Source: Alphaproteobacteria bacterium (GTDB lineage Bacteria > Pseudomonadota > Alphaproteobacteria > GCA-2746255). From it: a stretch of DNA of 64,000 bases. Numbering within the stretch: position 1 is the stretch's first letter; each line of letters begins with the position of its first letter. Below the pieces are notes generated by a model that ran no database searches, was not told the origin of the DNA, and saw nothing but the letters and a program-made list of their open reading frames with translations. Location of the stretch: the NCBI GenBank assembly GCA_965249135.1, contig OZ252220.1, positions 768,001 through 832,000 on the forward strand. The letters are read 5' to 3'. Both the position numbers and the translations under genes were made by a program. Below, piece after piece: positions 44,536 through 54,920 of this stretch.

Positions 44536-46083
44536 ATGCTGCAGACGATCGGGCAGATCCTGCCCGCAAGCGCCGCGCGTTATGGCGACAAGACGGCGCT
44601 GGTTTCCGGCGATCGCACGCTCACCTATAACGAGCTCGAGCAGCTCTCGAACCGTTTCGCAAACGCCCTTCGAGGCCTCGGCGTCAAGCAGGACGACCGC
44701 GTCACGATCTACGGGCCGAATTGCTGGGAGTGGGAGATCGCCTACCACGCCGTCGCCAAGCTCGGCGCCGTCATCAATCCCATCAACGTCATGCTGACGC
44801 CGGAAGAGGTCGCCTTCGTCGTCGAAGACTGCGGGGCAAGTGCGCTGATCGCATCGCACGACAAGGGCGTGGCGGTGCTTGAGGCGAAGGGCGGCCTGCC
44901 GCTCGACAACGTCGTGCTGTTCGGCGGCGAGGCACCTGAAGGCGCCCACGGCTTCGAGGATCTCCTTGCCAAGGGCGCGGACGACTTCGATCCGGTCCTC
45001 GTGGCCCCCGAAGCGCTTTCGACGATCGGCTACACGTCGGGCACGACGGGGCACCCGAAGGGCGCCATGCAGAGCCACCAGGCCGTGCTCCTGAACTTAG
45101 GCTTGACTGCGAACATGCACGTGAAGACCGCCGCCGATACCGTCGTCACCGCCCTTCCCTGCCCACACGTCTATGGCAACATCGTCGTCAACGGCGCCTT
45201 CCTCACCGGCATGACGGTCGTGTTGCTCCCCCGTTTCGAGGAAAAGGAAACGCTGGATGCGATCCAGACGCACAAGGCCACCATGTTCGAGGGCGTGCCG
45301 ACGATGTACATGTACCTGCTGAACAGCCCCGAGCTTGCCAAGCACGGCGTCTCCTCGCTCACCCGCTGCACGGTCGGCGGCCAGACCATGCCGATCGCAA
45401 AGATGGAAGAGGTGGAGGAAAAGTTCGGCTGCCCGCTCTTGGAACTCTGGGGCATGACCGAGCTGGCGGGTGCCGCCACCACGAACCCCTTTTACGGCGA
45501 GAACCGCCACGGTTCGATCGGGCTCCCCTATCCGGGCACGTTTGCCCGCATCGTCGACGTCGAGGACGCGAACAAGGACTTAGGCCCCGACGAGATCGGC
45601 GAGCTGATGATCAAGGGGCCGCTTGTCATGCAGGGCTATTACGGAAACGATGAGGCGACCAAGGCTGCGATCGAGCCCGACGGCTGGATGCACACCGGCG
45701 ACGTCGCCAAGATGGACAAGGACGGCTACCTCTACATCGTCGACCGCCGTAAGGACATGATCCTGACGGCCGGCTTCAACGTCTACCCGGCTGAGCTCGA
45801 ACGCGTCATCGCCGCCCATCCGGATGTGGCGCTGGTCGCCGTCGGCGGCCAGCCGGACGAGGCGAAGGGAGAGATCGCGAAGGCCTATATCGTGCTCCGC
45901 GCGGGCGTAAACGGGGATGCGGACCAGATCATCGCCCATTGCCGGGAACACATGGCCGCCTACAAGGTGCCCAAGCGCGTGCAGTTCGTCGACGATCTGC
46001 CGAAGACGAGCACCGGCAAGGTCATGCGGCGCGAACTCAAGACCCTCGACCCGTCCGAGGAACGGGAGAGCGCCGCCGAATAG
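44536..46083 (+). CDS. long-chain acyl-CoA ligase (AMP-binding)
   Basis: YTSGTTGHPKG, WGMTE, HTGD, DRRKDMI, LPKTSTGK; GAGGAGG RBS. Confidence 0.92.
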   Translation: MLQTIGQILPASAARYGDKTALVSGDRTLTYNELEQLSNRFANALRGLGVKQDDRVTIYGPNCWEWEIAYHAVAKLGAVINPINVMLTPEEVAFVVEDCGASALIASHDKGVAVLEAKGGLPLDNVVLFGGEAPEGAHGFEDLLAKGADDFDPVLVAPEALSTIGYTSGTTGHPKGAMQSHQAVLLNLGLTANMHVKTAADTVVTALPCPHVYGNIVVNGAFLTGMTVVLLPRFEEKETLDAIQTHKATMFEGVPTMYMYLLNSPELAKHGVSSLTRCTVGGQTMPIAKMEEVEEKFGCPLLELWGMTELAGAATTNPFYGENRHGSIGLPYPGTFARIVDVEDANKDLGPDEIGELMIKGPLVMQGYYGNDEATKAAIEPDGWMHTGDVAKMDKDGYLYIVDRRKDMILTAGFNVYPAELERVIAAHPDVALVAVGGQPDEAKGEIAKAYIVLRAGVNGDADQIIAHCREHMAAYKVPKRVQFVDDLPKTSTGKVMRRELKTLDPSEERESAAE

Positions 46084-46096
46084 GGCGCGCCTTAAA

Positions 46097-46132
46097 CCCT
46101 AGTGCAATTCGCGGCCCTAGTGCAATTCGCGG
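46097..46132. repeat. perfect 2 x 18-bp tandem duplication CCCTAGTGCAATTCGCGG
   Basis: 46097-46114 and 46115-46132; copies the last codons and TAG of the SnoaL-like gene. Confidence 0.95.
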
Positions 46133-46512
46133 GATGGGCCTTCCTGCCAGCCGCTGGTCGACGCCATCGGGCTTGCCTGGTGGTGAACGAGGCGCCAGGC
46201 GTCCGCTTCCAGGACGAAGATGTTCGTCGTCGCCAGGCGGGCCGCCTCGATGACCTCTTCGCAAAGAACGACGGCGGCGCTCCCGTGGTGAATCACCTGT
46301 TCGCCCCGACACGCAATAGCGGGCGGGTTCTCTAAGATTTCCCGCCAGCTCGCCAGCACCTTCTCGCGCCCAAGGATCGATCGCCAGCCCGGATGGATGC
46401 AGGTGACACTGGCCGTCTCGGCCCAGATCGCCGCCATCGCGTCGCAATCGCCATCCGCAAAGGCGCGATAGAATTCCCCATTCGCCTTCAGCACGTCATC
46501 CGAGTTCGTCAT
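46117..46512 (-). CDS. SnoaL/NTF2-like protein
   Basis: AN..FY.AF...D..AM..IW, CIHPGW, ATNIF-like segment, W.LVHHQAS. Confidence 0.85.
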   Translation of the reverse strand: MTNSDDVLKANGEFYRAFADGDCDAMAAIWAETASVTCIHPGWRSILGREKVLASWREILENPPAIACRGEQVIHHGSAAVVLCEEVIEAARLATTNIFVLEADAWRLVHHQASPMASTSGWQEGPSRELH

Positions 46513-46531
46513 GGCGGGTTTCCGTTTTTGT

Positions 46532-47401
46532 TCAACTGGCCTTTCTGACCGGAATCTTGAGATAGGAGACACCGTTCGCCTCTTCGGGGGAAAAATGGCC
46601 GGCCCGCATGTTCACCTGGATCGACGGAAGCAGCAGGACGGGTGCGTCGAGCTTCGCATCCCTTTCCTCCCGCACCTTCACATATTCGGCTTCGGAAATG
46701 CCTTCGTGAACGAGAATGTTCTTCTCGCGCTCGTCGGCAAGGGTGGTTTCCCACACATACGCCTTTCGTTCGGACGCGCCGTAATCGTGGCAGAGGAAAA
46801 TCCGGGTCTCGGGCGCAAGCTCGTCGTAGAGACGGTGGATCGAGGCATAAAGCGTGCTTACGCTACCGCCCGGGAAATCGGTTCGCGCCGTGCCGTAGTC
46901 CGGCATGAAGAGCATATCGCCGACGAAGGCCGCATCATTGATGACATAGGTCACGCAGTCCGCCGTATGACCGGGCGTTGCGACGACGCGTCCTTCCAGC
47001 TCGCCGATCTTGAACGTCTCGCCATCCTCGAACAAGTGATCGAATTGCGAGCCGTCCACCTTGAAATCGGCTTCCACGTTGAAGAAATCCTTGAAGAAGG
47101 CTTGCACCTCCGTGACCTGCGCGCCGATACCGACCGGGGCACCCAACCGGTCCTTGAGAGTGGCAACCGCGCTTAGGTGATCGGCATGCACATGGGTGTC
47201 CAGGATCCAGTCGATCGTGAGATCCTTTTCGCCAACGTATGCGAGCAGGCGGTCTGCCGAGGTCGTAGCCACCTTGCCCGATCGCGGGTTGTAATCGAGC
47301 ACCGGGTCGATGATCGCAGCACGCTTCGTCTTCGGGTTCGCCACCACATAGGAAATCGTGTAGGTCGCCGCATCGAAGAAACCTTTGACCTCGGGTTCCA
47401 T
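46532..47401 (-). CDS. persulfide dioxygenase (Blh/ETHE1-type MBL fold)
   Basis: AIIDPVLDY, THVHADH, TPGHT, FVGD.LFMPDYGTARTDFPGG, CHDY, PSIQVNMRAG. Confidence 0.88.
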   Translation of the reverse strand: MEPEVKGFFDAATYTISYVVANPKTKRAAIIDPVLDYNPRSGKVATTSADRLLAYVGEKDLTIDWILDTHVHADHLSAVATLKDRLGAPVGIGAQVTEVQAFFKDFFNVEADFKVDGSQFDHLFEDGETFKIGELEGRVVATPGHTADCVTYVINDAAFVGDMLFMPDYGTARTDFPGGSVSTLYASIHRLYDELAPETRIFLCHDYGASERKAYVWETTLADEREKNILVHEGISEAEYVKVREERDAKLDAPVLLLPSIQVNMRAGHFSPEEANGVSYLKIPVRKAS

Positions 47402-47440
47402 GCCTCGCTTCCCTGCCCTTTCCCTTGGAGGGAACGCCGC

Positions 47441-47460
47441 TTGACACTATATATTAACTC
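47441..47460. promoter_or_regulatory. TTGACA and AT-rich operator-like element in the divergent PDO/rhodanese promoter
   Basis: TTGACACTATATATTAAC; TATATA core resembles BigR/SqrR (ArsR) operators, but only a half site is seen. Confidence 0.35.
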
Positions 47461-47558
47461 AAAGACGGCAAGGATCATCGAGGTCCTTTACGATCCCTTC
47501 TGGCCTGAGAAGAAAAAGTCCGGGAAGGAAAAGCCCGGGAAGGAAAAGAAGAGCGCCC

Positions 47559-47885
47559 ATGGACGACCGCATTACGGAGCTCGACCCGGCGACGGCGAAG
47601 GAGCGGCTGGACAAGGACGAGGCGATCCTCGTCGACGTCCGCGAGACGAACGAATATGAAGAGGAATGCATTCCGGGCGCCCATCTGCGTCCGCTTTCCA
47701 CCTTCAATCCCTTCGATCTGCCGAAGACGGAAGGCAAAAAGCTCATCCTCCACTGCGCCGCCGGCAGCCGTTCCCTGCAGGCGGCCGAGCTTTGCCTCGC
47801 CGCCGGCATCGAAGCGGTCGCCCATGTGGCGGGCGGCATCAAGGCCTGGAAAGAAGCGGGCTTTGATACGAAGAAGGGATCGTAA
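47559..47885 (+). CDS. single-domain rhodanese
   Basis: LVDVRE..EY, IPGA, HCAAGSRS, GGIKAW. Confidence 0.9.
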   Translation: MDDRITELDPATAKERLDKDEAILVDVRETNEYEEECIPGAHLRPLSTFNPFDLPKTEGKKLILHCAAGSRSLQAAELCLAAGIEAVAHVAGGIKAWKEAGFDTKKGS

Positions 47886-47963
47886 GGTCGGTTTTCCGTT
47901 TGGCGCCGTTCCTCCCATGTTAGGTTGCGCCGGCAACCCTTCACGAAGGCCTCGAAGGACGGC

Positions 47964-49744
47964 ATGCGCGAACTCGCGATCCAAATCCCCATCCTGCTTC
48001 CCCTTTGCCTGATCCTGCTGGCGTTCGCGTTTCCTTTCCTTACGGCCTTTCCCACCCGACGCTGGGCAAGCCCGCCAAGGCTGCCCGGCCTTGGACCCAC
48101 CCTTGGCCTTGGCCTTGCGATCCTTGCCTTCGTGGCCGTGCTCCTCAGCTACTGGGCGAGCGGGCGCAGCCATCACGTGCTGCTTGGCGGCCTCCTTCCG
48201 TGGAACGACGCCATCGGTTACTTCTTCGGTGCGCACCATCTGTTGGACAGCGGCGAGCTCTCCGCGTGGAGCCACCGCCGGCCGCTCTATACCTCCCTGC
48301 TTGCCGGTTTTTTAAGCCTAGGCGGACGGGATCTGCAGCTAGCACTTCTCGTTCAAACCGTGCTCACCGGCGCGGTCGCGTTCTTCGCCGCCCGGGCGGC
48401 GGCGGCAAGGATGGGGCCGGCGGCCGGCTTCCTCGTCTTCGCCCTTTTGTTTGCCTTCGCCGGCGAATACGCGCCGGCAACGATGACCGAGAATGCCGGC
48501 TTCCTGTTCGGCGCGCTTGGCATCGCCCTTCTTTGGCTCAAGGCCGAGCGGCGAAGCCCAGCCTGGTTCGCGGCCGCCGGCTTCCTGTTGATGCTGGGCC
48601 TGTTGGCGCGGGCCGGCGCCTTCTTCGTGATCCCCTTCCTTCTGCTTTGGGCCTGGATCGCCTTTCGGGACGACTAACGAGCGGCCCTGCGCTGCACCCT
48701 GGCGCTGCTTGGTGGCGCCCTGCTCGCGGTTCTCCTCAACCAGGGGATTTACTGGTACGCGGGTACCGGTGATAACGTTCCCTTCTCGAATTTCAGCTAT
48801 ACCTTCTATGGGCTTGCCGTTGGCGGCAAAGGCTGGCTGCAAGTGTATGCAGACTATCCCGAAGGAATGACCACATACAAGATGTTCGCGCTTGCGTTCG
48901 AGAAGATTGCAGAGAATCCGCTTAACATCGTGATCGGTTACGTTCGCAATCTGCCCCATTCAACATTGCGTCTTTTCGATTACGCCCCCGCTTTCCTGCC
49001 CGTACGACCTTTGTTAGGCATATTTTGGCTAGCCGGCTTGTTCGTCGCCTTCCGCCGCCGCCGGGAACCCCTGGCGCTTTTCTTGCTGATGGCGACGGCG
49101 GGCATCGTCCTTTCCGGCCCGTTCCTTCCGACGTTGGAAGCCGCATTTTTGCTGCCACGATCCCAATCGACGCCTATCTGGCAGGGCTTGGCTTTTCGGC
49201 GATCCTCGCCAGGCTTTCTCGGTCGCCCAAACCAACGGAGCCTGCATCGCCTGCGTCAACAACGCCATCCGGCCTTTCCGCCCAGCTCATCGGCACAGGC
49301 AGCGTGCTCGTGTTGCTGACGCTTGCCGGCAGCTTTGTCTTGCCAAGACCGCAGGTAGGCACGCTACCGGCTTTCGCTTGCGGGGCGAAAGAAATGCCGG
49401 CCGTGCTTCGCCTCGGCGACGAATCGCCCCTCGTCGTCCTGCGTGCCGAGCCACCCTTCACCCTTTTCCCGCCCGAGCTGCGCCATGGGGATTTCGTCTC
49501 GCTGCTCCATCCCGCTGTCCGCCTGCGCGAAGAGCTGAAGCGGCTGCCCCCGGAAACGGCGCTCATCTCAGGTCTTGCCCGGAACGAATCGGGCCCCGGC
49601 AACGGCGTTTGGATCGCCTGGAAGACGGAGCGTCTGCCGCCACGGGGCGCGCGCGTTGGTTTCTGCCTGAAGCCGGACCCCCACCCGGTGCTGGGTCGTC
49701 CGTGGCGCGAACCCTCGCGCGTGCAAGTCCTTGAGCGGAACTAG
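47964..49744 (+). pseudogene. large polytopic membrane protein, GT-C/ArnT-like glycosyltransferase; in-frame TAA 48675-48677 and frameshift ~49125
   Basis: NDAIGY, RRPLY and MTE motifs with many TM helices; three ORF-track pieces join into one ~590-aa reading. Confidence 0.6.
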
Positions 49745-50646
49745 GCGCGCCGGGACCACAGGCTCGCCAATGCCGCGCCTGAGAGATTGTGCCAGACGCT
49801 GAACAGCGCGCCGGGAAGTGCGGCGGCGGCCGAGAAATACTGAACCGCGAGCGCCACGCCAAGGCCGGAATTCTGCATGCCGACTTCGATCGCAAGCGTA
49901 CGGCTCGTCCGCTCATCGAAGCCAAGCAGCTTCGAAATCCCGTAGCCGCCGGCAAGACCCAGCAGGTTGTGAAGGATGACGACGGCTCCGACCGCAAGGC
50001 CCAGCGTCGCGATCTCGGCCCGGTTGAGCGCCACGACGATGGCGATGATAAGCACGATGGCGAGCACGGAAACCAGCGGAAAGGTTTCCTTCATCGGCCC
50101 GAGACGCCGCCCGAGGAACCGGTTCACGGCAACGCCGAAGCCAACGGGAAGGAGGACGATTTTCAGGATGCTGAGGAGCATGTCGAGAACCGGCACGGCT
50201 ACGCTTTGGCCGACGTAAAGCCAGGTAAGGACCGGCGTGGCTAGGATGGCGAGGCAAGTGGAGACCGCCGTCAAGGTAATCGAAAGGGCGACGTCCCCGC
50301 GGGCGAGATACGTAATCACGTTCGACGCCGTGCCGCCGGGACAGCTGCCGACCAGCACGACACCTGCCACCAACATCGCGGAAAGCCCGAACCCCGTCGC
50401 GACCACAAAGCCGGCCAGCGGCATGATCAGAAATTGCAACGCCAACCCAAGCAGGATGATAAGGGGGCGTTTCGCAACTTCCAGGAAATTGGCCGGCGTC
50501 AACGTCATGCCCATGCCGAACATGACAAGCCCCAGCAGCGGCACGATCGTCGCCTTTAACGGCAAGAATACGTCGGGAAAAAGAGCGGCCGCCCCCGCTC
50601 CGAGGATCGCCCAGACGGGAAAGAGCCGTGTAAGTTGCGACAACAT
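49741..50646 (-). CDS. bile acid:sodium symporter family (PanS-like)
   Basis: MFGMGMTL, CPGGTASNV, EVGMQNSGL, FSVWHN. Confidence 0.92.
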   Translation of the reverse strand: MLSQLTRLFPVWAILGAGAAALFPDVFLPLKATIVPLLGLVMFGMGMTLTPANFLEVAKRPLIILLGLALQFLIMPLAGFVVATGFGLSAMLVAGVVLVGSCPGGTASNVITYLARGDVALSITLTAVSTCLAILATPVLTWLYVGQSVAVPVLDMLLSILKIVLLPVGFGVAVNRFLGRRLGPMKETFPLVSVLAIVLIIAIVVALNRAEIATLGLAVGAVVILHNLLGLAGGYGISKLLGFDERTSRTLAIEVGMQNSGLGVALAVQYFSAAAALPGALFSVWHNLSGAALASLWSRRA

Positions 50647-50666
50647 GCCTGGTTCCCGTGATCGCG

Positions 50667-51419
50667 TCAGAGGGTTTCCAACAATTCTTCCGGAATGGCG
50701 AGAAGGGTGCGACTCGCCCCTCCCGGAATTCCTTTCCTCAAGGCCCGCTCGTTCATGGCAAGCGCCGTGTCGTGCCGCGCATCCGCCAGCGCATAGCCCG
50801 CGCCGCTTAGGATCGCGAGCAGGGAATCCAAGGATTCGCCTTTTTCCTCAATGGCTTCTACAACAATGTCCAGCAGGACGAGCGGCCGAAAATTTTTTAA
50901 CGTACGCATCGCGCCGCGAAGGACGGCGCATTCTTCCCCATCGAGGGCGAGCTTTACGAAATCGACGTCCGTGACCCCCGCGTCTGCAAGATACGCATCG
51001 ATCGCATCCGGAAGCACGCCGGCGACCACCGTGACGCGCGCCTCCATTGCTGGATTGCGCGTGAGATTCGTCTGGAGCCGTTGCGAGGCTCCCTCTCCCG
51101 GCTCGAAGGCAAAAACATGGCCCGTCGGCCCGACAAGATGCGCCAATGGCAGTGTGTGCGCTCCGATCTTCGCGCCAAGGTCGAGAACGATGGCGCCGGG
51201 ACGAAGGAAGTTCCGGTAGGTGGCCATCTTTTGCGATCCGAAAACGCCCGCGAGATAAATCTCGAAATCGTCTTCTTCGCGAAGGTCCAGCCGCCAGTAA
51301 AACCCCGAACGCCGCACGTCCGTGAGCGAGCGGAAACCGAGAAGGTGGCGGAAAAAAAGGACCGGCCGTTGCAGAAGGCGGGCAAGGGCGCTTTTACATT
51401 TTGTCGTCAGCAGCGGCAT
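50667..51419 (-). CDS. FkbM-family SAM-dependent methyltransferase (divergent)
   Basis: W.LDLRE..D..IYL, VLDLGAKIGAHT, G.VFAFEP, DFVKLALDG.E..VL.G. Confidence 0.75.
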   Translation of the reverse strand: MPLLTTKCKSALARLLQRPVLFFRHLLGFRSLTDVRRSGFYWRLDLREEDDFEIYLAGVFGSQKMATYRNFLRPGAIVLDLGAKIGAHTLPLAHLVGPTGHVFAFEPGEGASQRLQTNLTRNPAMEARVTVVAGVLPDAIDAYLADAGVTDVDFVKLALDGEECAVLRGAMRTLKNFRPLVLLDIVVEAIEEKGESLDSLLAILSGAGYALADARHDTALAMNERALRKGIPGGASRTLLAIPEELLETL

Positions 51420-51533
51420 GGTTGCCCGATGTCTCCCTGGGCTCCATGGGTTTTAGCGGCAATCCGGCGCCGTCTCCAGCGGAAACCCCTACACCTGTTT
51501 TCCCCAAACGATCGGAAGGCCCAAAATCACCAG

Positions 51534-52529
51534 ATGATTAAGAGCCGGCTCGTTGGCCTCGGTGCCTTCCTTTTTTGCTGCGCGCCCTTCCTCGCGGCCT
51601 CGGCCGTCGCCGAAGAGGATCGCGGCACCTTCAGCATCCTCATCGAGAACGACCGGATGGTGAACACGGACCGGCACTACACGCATGGCACGCGCCTTTC
51701 CTGGCTGTCGCCCGCCGACGACGTGCCGGATTGGGCGCGCGACGTCGCCGGCCATGTGCCGCTCTTCGCCAAACAGCGCTCGCTGCGCATCGGCTATGGC
51801 CTGGGCCAAAGCATCTTCACGCCGGAAGACACTTCCTCGCGCGCCCTCATCCCAAAGGATCGGCCCTATGCGGGCTGGCTTTATGTTTTGCTCTCGCTCG
51901 TCGCCGATACGGGCCGACGATTGGACAGTCTCGAGCTTGACCTCGGTATCGTCGGACCGGCCGCCTTGGGGCAGGACGTGCAAAACAACTTCCACGACCT
52001 GATCGGCGTCGGCCGCTCGAATGGATGGGGCCGCCAGCTCGACAACGAACCCGGCCTGGTCCTCTACTACGAGCGGAAGTGGCGGAAATTAAAGGAATTT
52101 TCCGCTCACGGGCTGGGCGTGGACGTGACCCCCCACCTCGGCGGCAGCGTCGGCAACGTGTTCACCTACCTGGCGGGTGGGCTGGCGATCCGTTTCGGCC
52201 AGGGCCTGCCCAGCGACTATGGCCCACCGCGTATCCGCCCTTCCCTGCCCGGCTCCAGTTTCTTCGTGCCTGAGGACGGGTTCGGTTGGTACGTTTTTGC
52301 AGGCGCGGAAGGCCGTCTGATCGGGCGGAACATCTTCCTCGATGGCAACACCTTCTCCGACAGCCACGACGTCTCGAAGCGCATTCCGGTCGGTGATTTC
52401 CAGATCGGCCTTGCGCTTACCTTCGATTTCCTGCGAATTACCTACAGCCATGTCTTTCGCACCCGCGAGTTTCGCGGCCAGTCCCGGGCGGATCAGTTCG
52501 GTGCGATCAGCCTCTCCACCAAGTTTTAA
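51534..52529 (+). CDS. lpxR: lipid A 3'-O-deacylase LpxR family outer-membrane protein
   Basis: signal peptide, END...TDRHYTHG, GQSIFTP, DRPYAGWL, RNIFLDGN, C-terminal Phe. Confidence 0.85.
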   Translation: MIKSRLVGLGAFLFCCAPFLAASAVAEEDRGTFSILIENDRMVNTDRHYTHGTRLSWLSPADDVPDWARDVAGHVPLFAKQRSLRIGYGLGQSIFTPEDTSSRALIPKDRPYAGWLYVLLSLVADTGRRLDSLELDLGIVGPAALGQDVQNNFHDLIGVGRSNGWGRQLDNEPGLVLYYERKWRKLKEFSAHGLGVDVTPHLGGSVGNVFTYLAGGLAIRFGQGLPSDYGPPRIRPSLPGSSFFVPEDGFGWYVFAGAEGRLIGRNIFLDGNTFSDSHDVSKRIPVGDFQIGLALTFDFLRITYSHVFRTREFRGQSRADQFGAISLSTKF

Positions 52530-52542
52530 GAGAGCCAACGAT

Positions 52543-53424
52543 TTGGAAGAAACCTTTGCCTGCCCTGAATACCTGGTCGAGACGGAATGGCTCGCCACGC
52601 ATCTCGAAGACGCGGACCTTCGGATCTTCGATTGCACGGCCCATCTCCTGCCTGACCCCAAGTCGCGCTACCGGGTGGAGGTGGGGCGCCTCGAATACGA
52701 CACCGGGCACATCCCGGGCGCCGATTTCCTGGATTTCGCGAGCGAGCTCTCCGATCCGGCGGGTGCCTTTCCCCTCATGCTGCCGGCGGCCGCCCAATTC
52801 GAAAACGTCGCTAGCGCTCACGGCATCGGCGATGGCGTGCGCGTCGTCCTCTACAGCACGGAGAACATCTGGTGGGCGACGCGGCTGTGGTGGATGCTGC
52901 GCGCCTTCGGGTTCGACGCGGCGGCCGTGCTGAACGGCGGGTTTCAGAAATGGCAGGCGGAAGGAAGGCCGGTTTCCAAGGCGGCCGCGAACTATCCGCG
53001 CGGCTCTTTCCATGCGAATCCAAGGCCTGGGCTTTTCGTCGGAAAAGGGGACGTGCTGGCCGCCCTCGATGCGCAGGCAACAAAGATCATCAGCGCGCGT
53101 TCGCCCGAACAGCATCGCGGTAAAGAAAAAGTGCCCTATGGCCGGCCGGGGCGCATCCCCGGCAGCGTGAACGTGCCGGCGAATGCCCTTTGCGATTTAA
53201 GGACGAATGCCTATCTCAGTCCGCAACGGTTGCGCGGCCTTTTCGAGGCGGCGGGTGCGTTGAAGGCAGACAAGGTGATTACCTATTGTGGGCTTGGCAT
53301 CGCGGCTACGAACGACGCCTTCGTGCTGACGCTGCTTGGTGTCACACCCGAACGCATCTCTGTCTACGACGCCTCCATGTCGGAATGGTCGCGGGACGAG
53401 AGCTTGCCCCTGGAAATCGGATAA
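52543..53424 (+). CDS. sseA: tandem-domain sulfurtransferase (SseA/3-mercaptopyruvate sulfurtransferase-like)
   Basis: LVETEWL, GHIPGA, ATRLWWML, LNGG..KW, GRIPGS, YCGLGIAA, VYDASMSEW. Confidence 0.85.
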   Translation: MEETFACPEYLVETEWLATHLEDADLRIFDCTAHLLPDPKSRYRVEVGRLEYDTGHIPGADFLDFASELSDPAGAFPLMLPAAAQFENVASAHGIGDGVRVVLYSTENIWWATRLWWMLRAFGFDAAAVLNGGFQKWQAEGRPVSKAAANYPRGSFHANPRPGLFVGKGDVLAALDAQATKIISARSPEQHRGKEKVPYGRPGRIPGSVNVPANALCDLRTNAYLSPQRLRGLFEAAGALKADKVITYCGLGIAATNDAFVLTLLGVTPERISVYDASMSEWSRDESLPLEIG

Positions 53425-53468
53425 AGTGGAAACCGGCTAAAGGCCGGATAAAGGAAAGGCGCTTGGGC

Positions 53469-54920
53469 TTGCGCGCGCTCATCCTTCTTCTTCTCGGACT
53501 AGTCGTAACCGGCTGTGCACCGCTCCTTGGGGCCTTCGAGCCGGCGGCGCGTGCCGATACGAAAGCCGGCCGTTGCGCCGCCCTGTTCGCAAAAATGGAT
53601 GCGAGGATCGAGGCGGCCGGTGTTTCCGATGCCGCCTCGGCGCGCATCGAAGGCTTCCCCCATTTACGGGTCGACCGTTTCCTGGCGAGCTTCCGAAACC
53701 GTGCCCTCGACGCGGAAGCCTTCGCCGCCTGGGCGGAGCGCCTGCGCGCGCTGGACCGAAAGGCGCGCCGCTTCGAGCTTGCCAACCTACCCGCCGCTAC
53801 TGGGGACGATCGCCTTGCAACGCGGCTTGAGGCCTGCGGCGAGACCTTGCTGGCTCGCGACCTTGGGGAACCAAAGCGCCGAGCGGCACTTCAGGCGGCG
53901 GCCCGCGTACCGGATCACTATTCGGACGTGAACCGCGTGCTCGGCCTCTATCCCCTGACTGCCATCCCGGTCGGTTTTGCCTATGTGAACTGGCGGAAGG
54001 GCCACCTCGATCTCTTCGCGGAGCCCGGCCGGGAGAAGGCCAACGTTCTCCGGCTCGTCCCCGCGGCACCGGCGCCGCTACCTCCGGAAAAGGTGGCGGC
54101 AATCCTTCGCACTTCGGCAGAGAACCCGCTTCACATCCCGGAGCCGGATCCGGAAGCGACGCGGCAATTGCTGGAAAGTTTCGCGCCTGTCTTCGAGATC
54201 GAGACGGCGGGCGCCGTAGACCGCATCGGCGCCCCGCGATGGGTGGTGGGCGAAACCGTCGAAATCGACACGGCGGACGCCGTCGCCTACGGGCAGGTTT
54301 CCCATGGCTGGCTCGAAGGCGAAGCGCTGCTGCAGCTCAGCTACGTCGTCTGGTTTCCGAGCCGCGCGAAAAGCGGCTGGCTCGATCCCCTCGCCGGCCA
54401 TCTCGACGGCGTCGTTTGGCGTGTTACACTCAAAAACAACGGTCGGCCGCTCGCCTACGATACGATGCACGCCTGTGGCTGTTACCACCTCTTCTTTCCG
54501 GTGGCGCCACTCAAGGCCAAGGGGGGAGATTTGTTGACGGATTTCGAAGAGGGACCGCTGGTCCCGATGGAAGCGCCGCGCGCCGCAAACGGCGAACGGC
54601 TTTCCCTTCGTCTGCTCGCAAAAAGCCACTATCTGACCGGCCTCCGTTCGTCGCCATCGACCAGCGGCGAAGGCTTCGCTTACGCGCTTCGCGCCTATGA
54701 CACCTTGCGTTCGCTTCCCTTGCCCAAGCGGGGTCGGCGAAGCCTCTTCGGACCGGACGGCAAGATCGAAGGCACGGAGCGGCTCGAGCGTTTCTTCCTT
54801 TGGCCGATGGGGATTTCGAGCGCCGGCGCCATGCGCCAGTGGGGAACCCACGCCACCGCCTTCATCGGAAGGCGCCATTTCGACGACCCCTATTTGCTGG
54901 ATGAGGTCTTCCGCAAATGA
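53469..54920 (+). CDS. uncharacterised lipoprotein with YDTMHACGCYH motif
   Basis: TTG start after AAGGAAAGG; hydrophobic signal with VTGC lipobox; ~483 aa. Confidence 0.75.
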   Translation: MRALILLLLGLVVTGCAPLLGAFEPAARADTKAGRCAALFAKMDARIEAAGVSDAASARIEGFPHLRVDRFLASFRNRALDAEAFAAWAERLRALDRKARRFELANLPAATGDDRLATRLEACGETLLARDLGEPKRRAALQAAARVPDHYSDVNRVLGLYPLTAIPVGFAYVNWRKGHLDLFAEPGREKANVLRLVPAAPAPLPPEKVAAILRTSAENPLHIPEPDPEATRQLLESFAPVFEIETAGAVDRIGAPRWVVGETVEIDTADAVAYGQVSHGWLEGEALLQLSYVVWFPSRAKSGWLDPLAGHLDGVVWRVTLKNNGRPLAYDTMHACGCYHLFFPVAPLKAKGGDLLTDFEEGPLVPMEAPRAANGERLSLRLLAKSHYLTGLRSSPSTSGEGFAYALRAYDTLRSLPLPKRGRRSLFGPDGKIEGTERLERFFLWPMGISSAGAMRQWGTHATAFIGRRHFDDPYLLDEVFRK

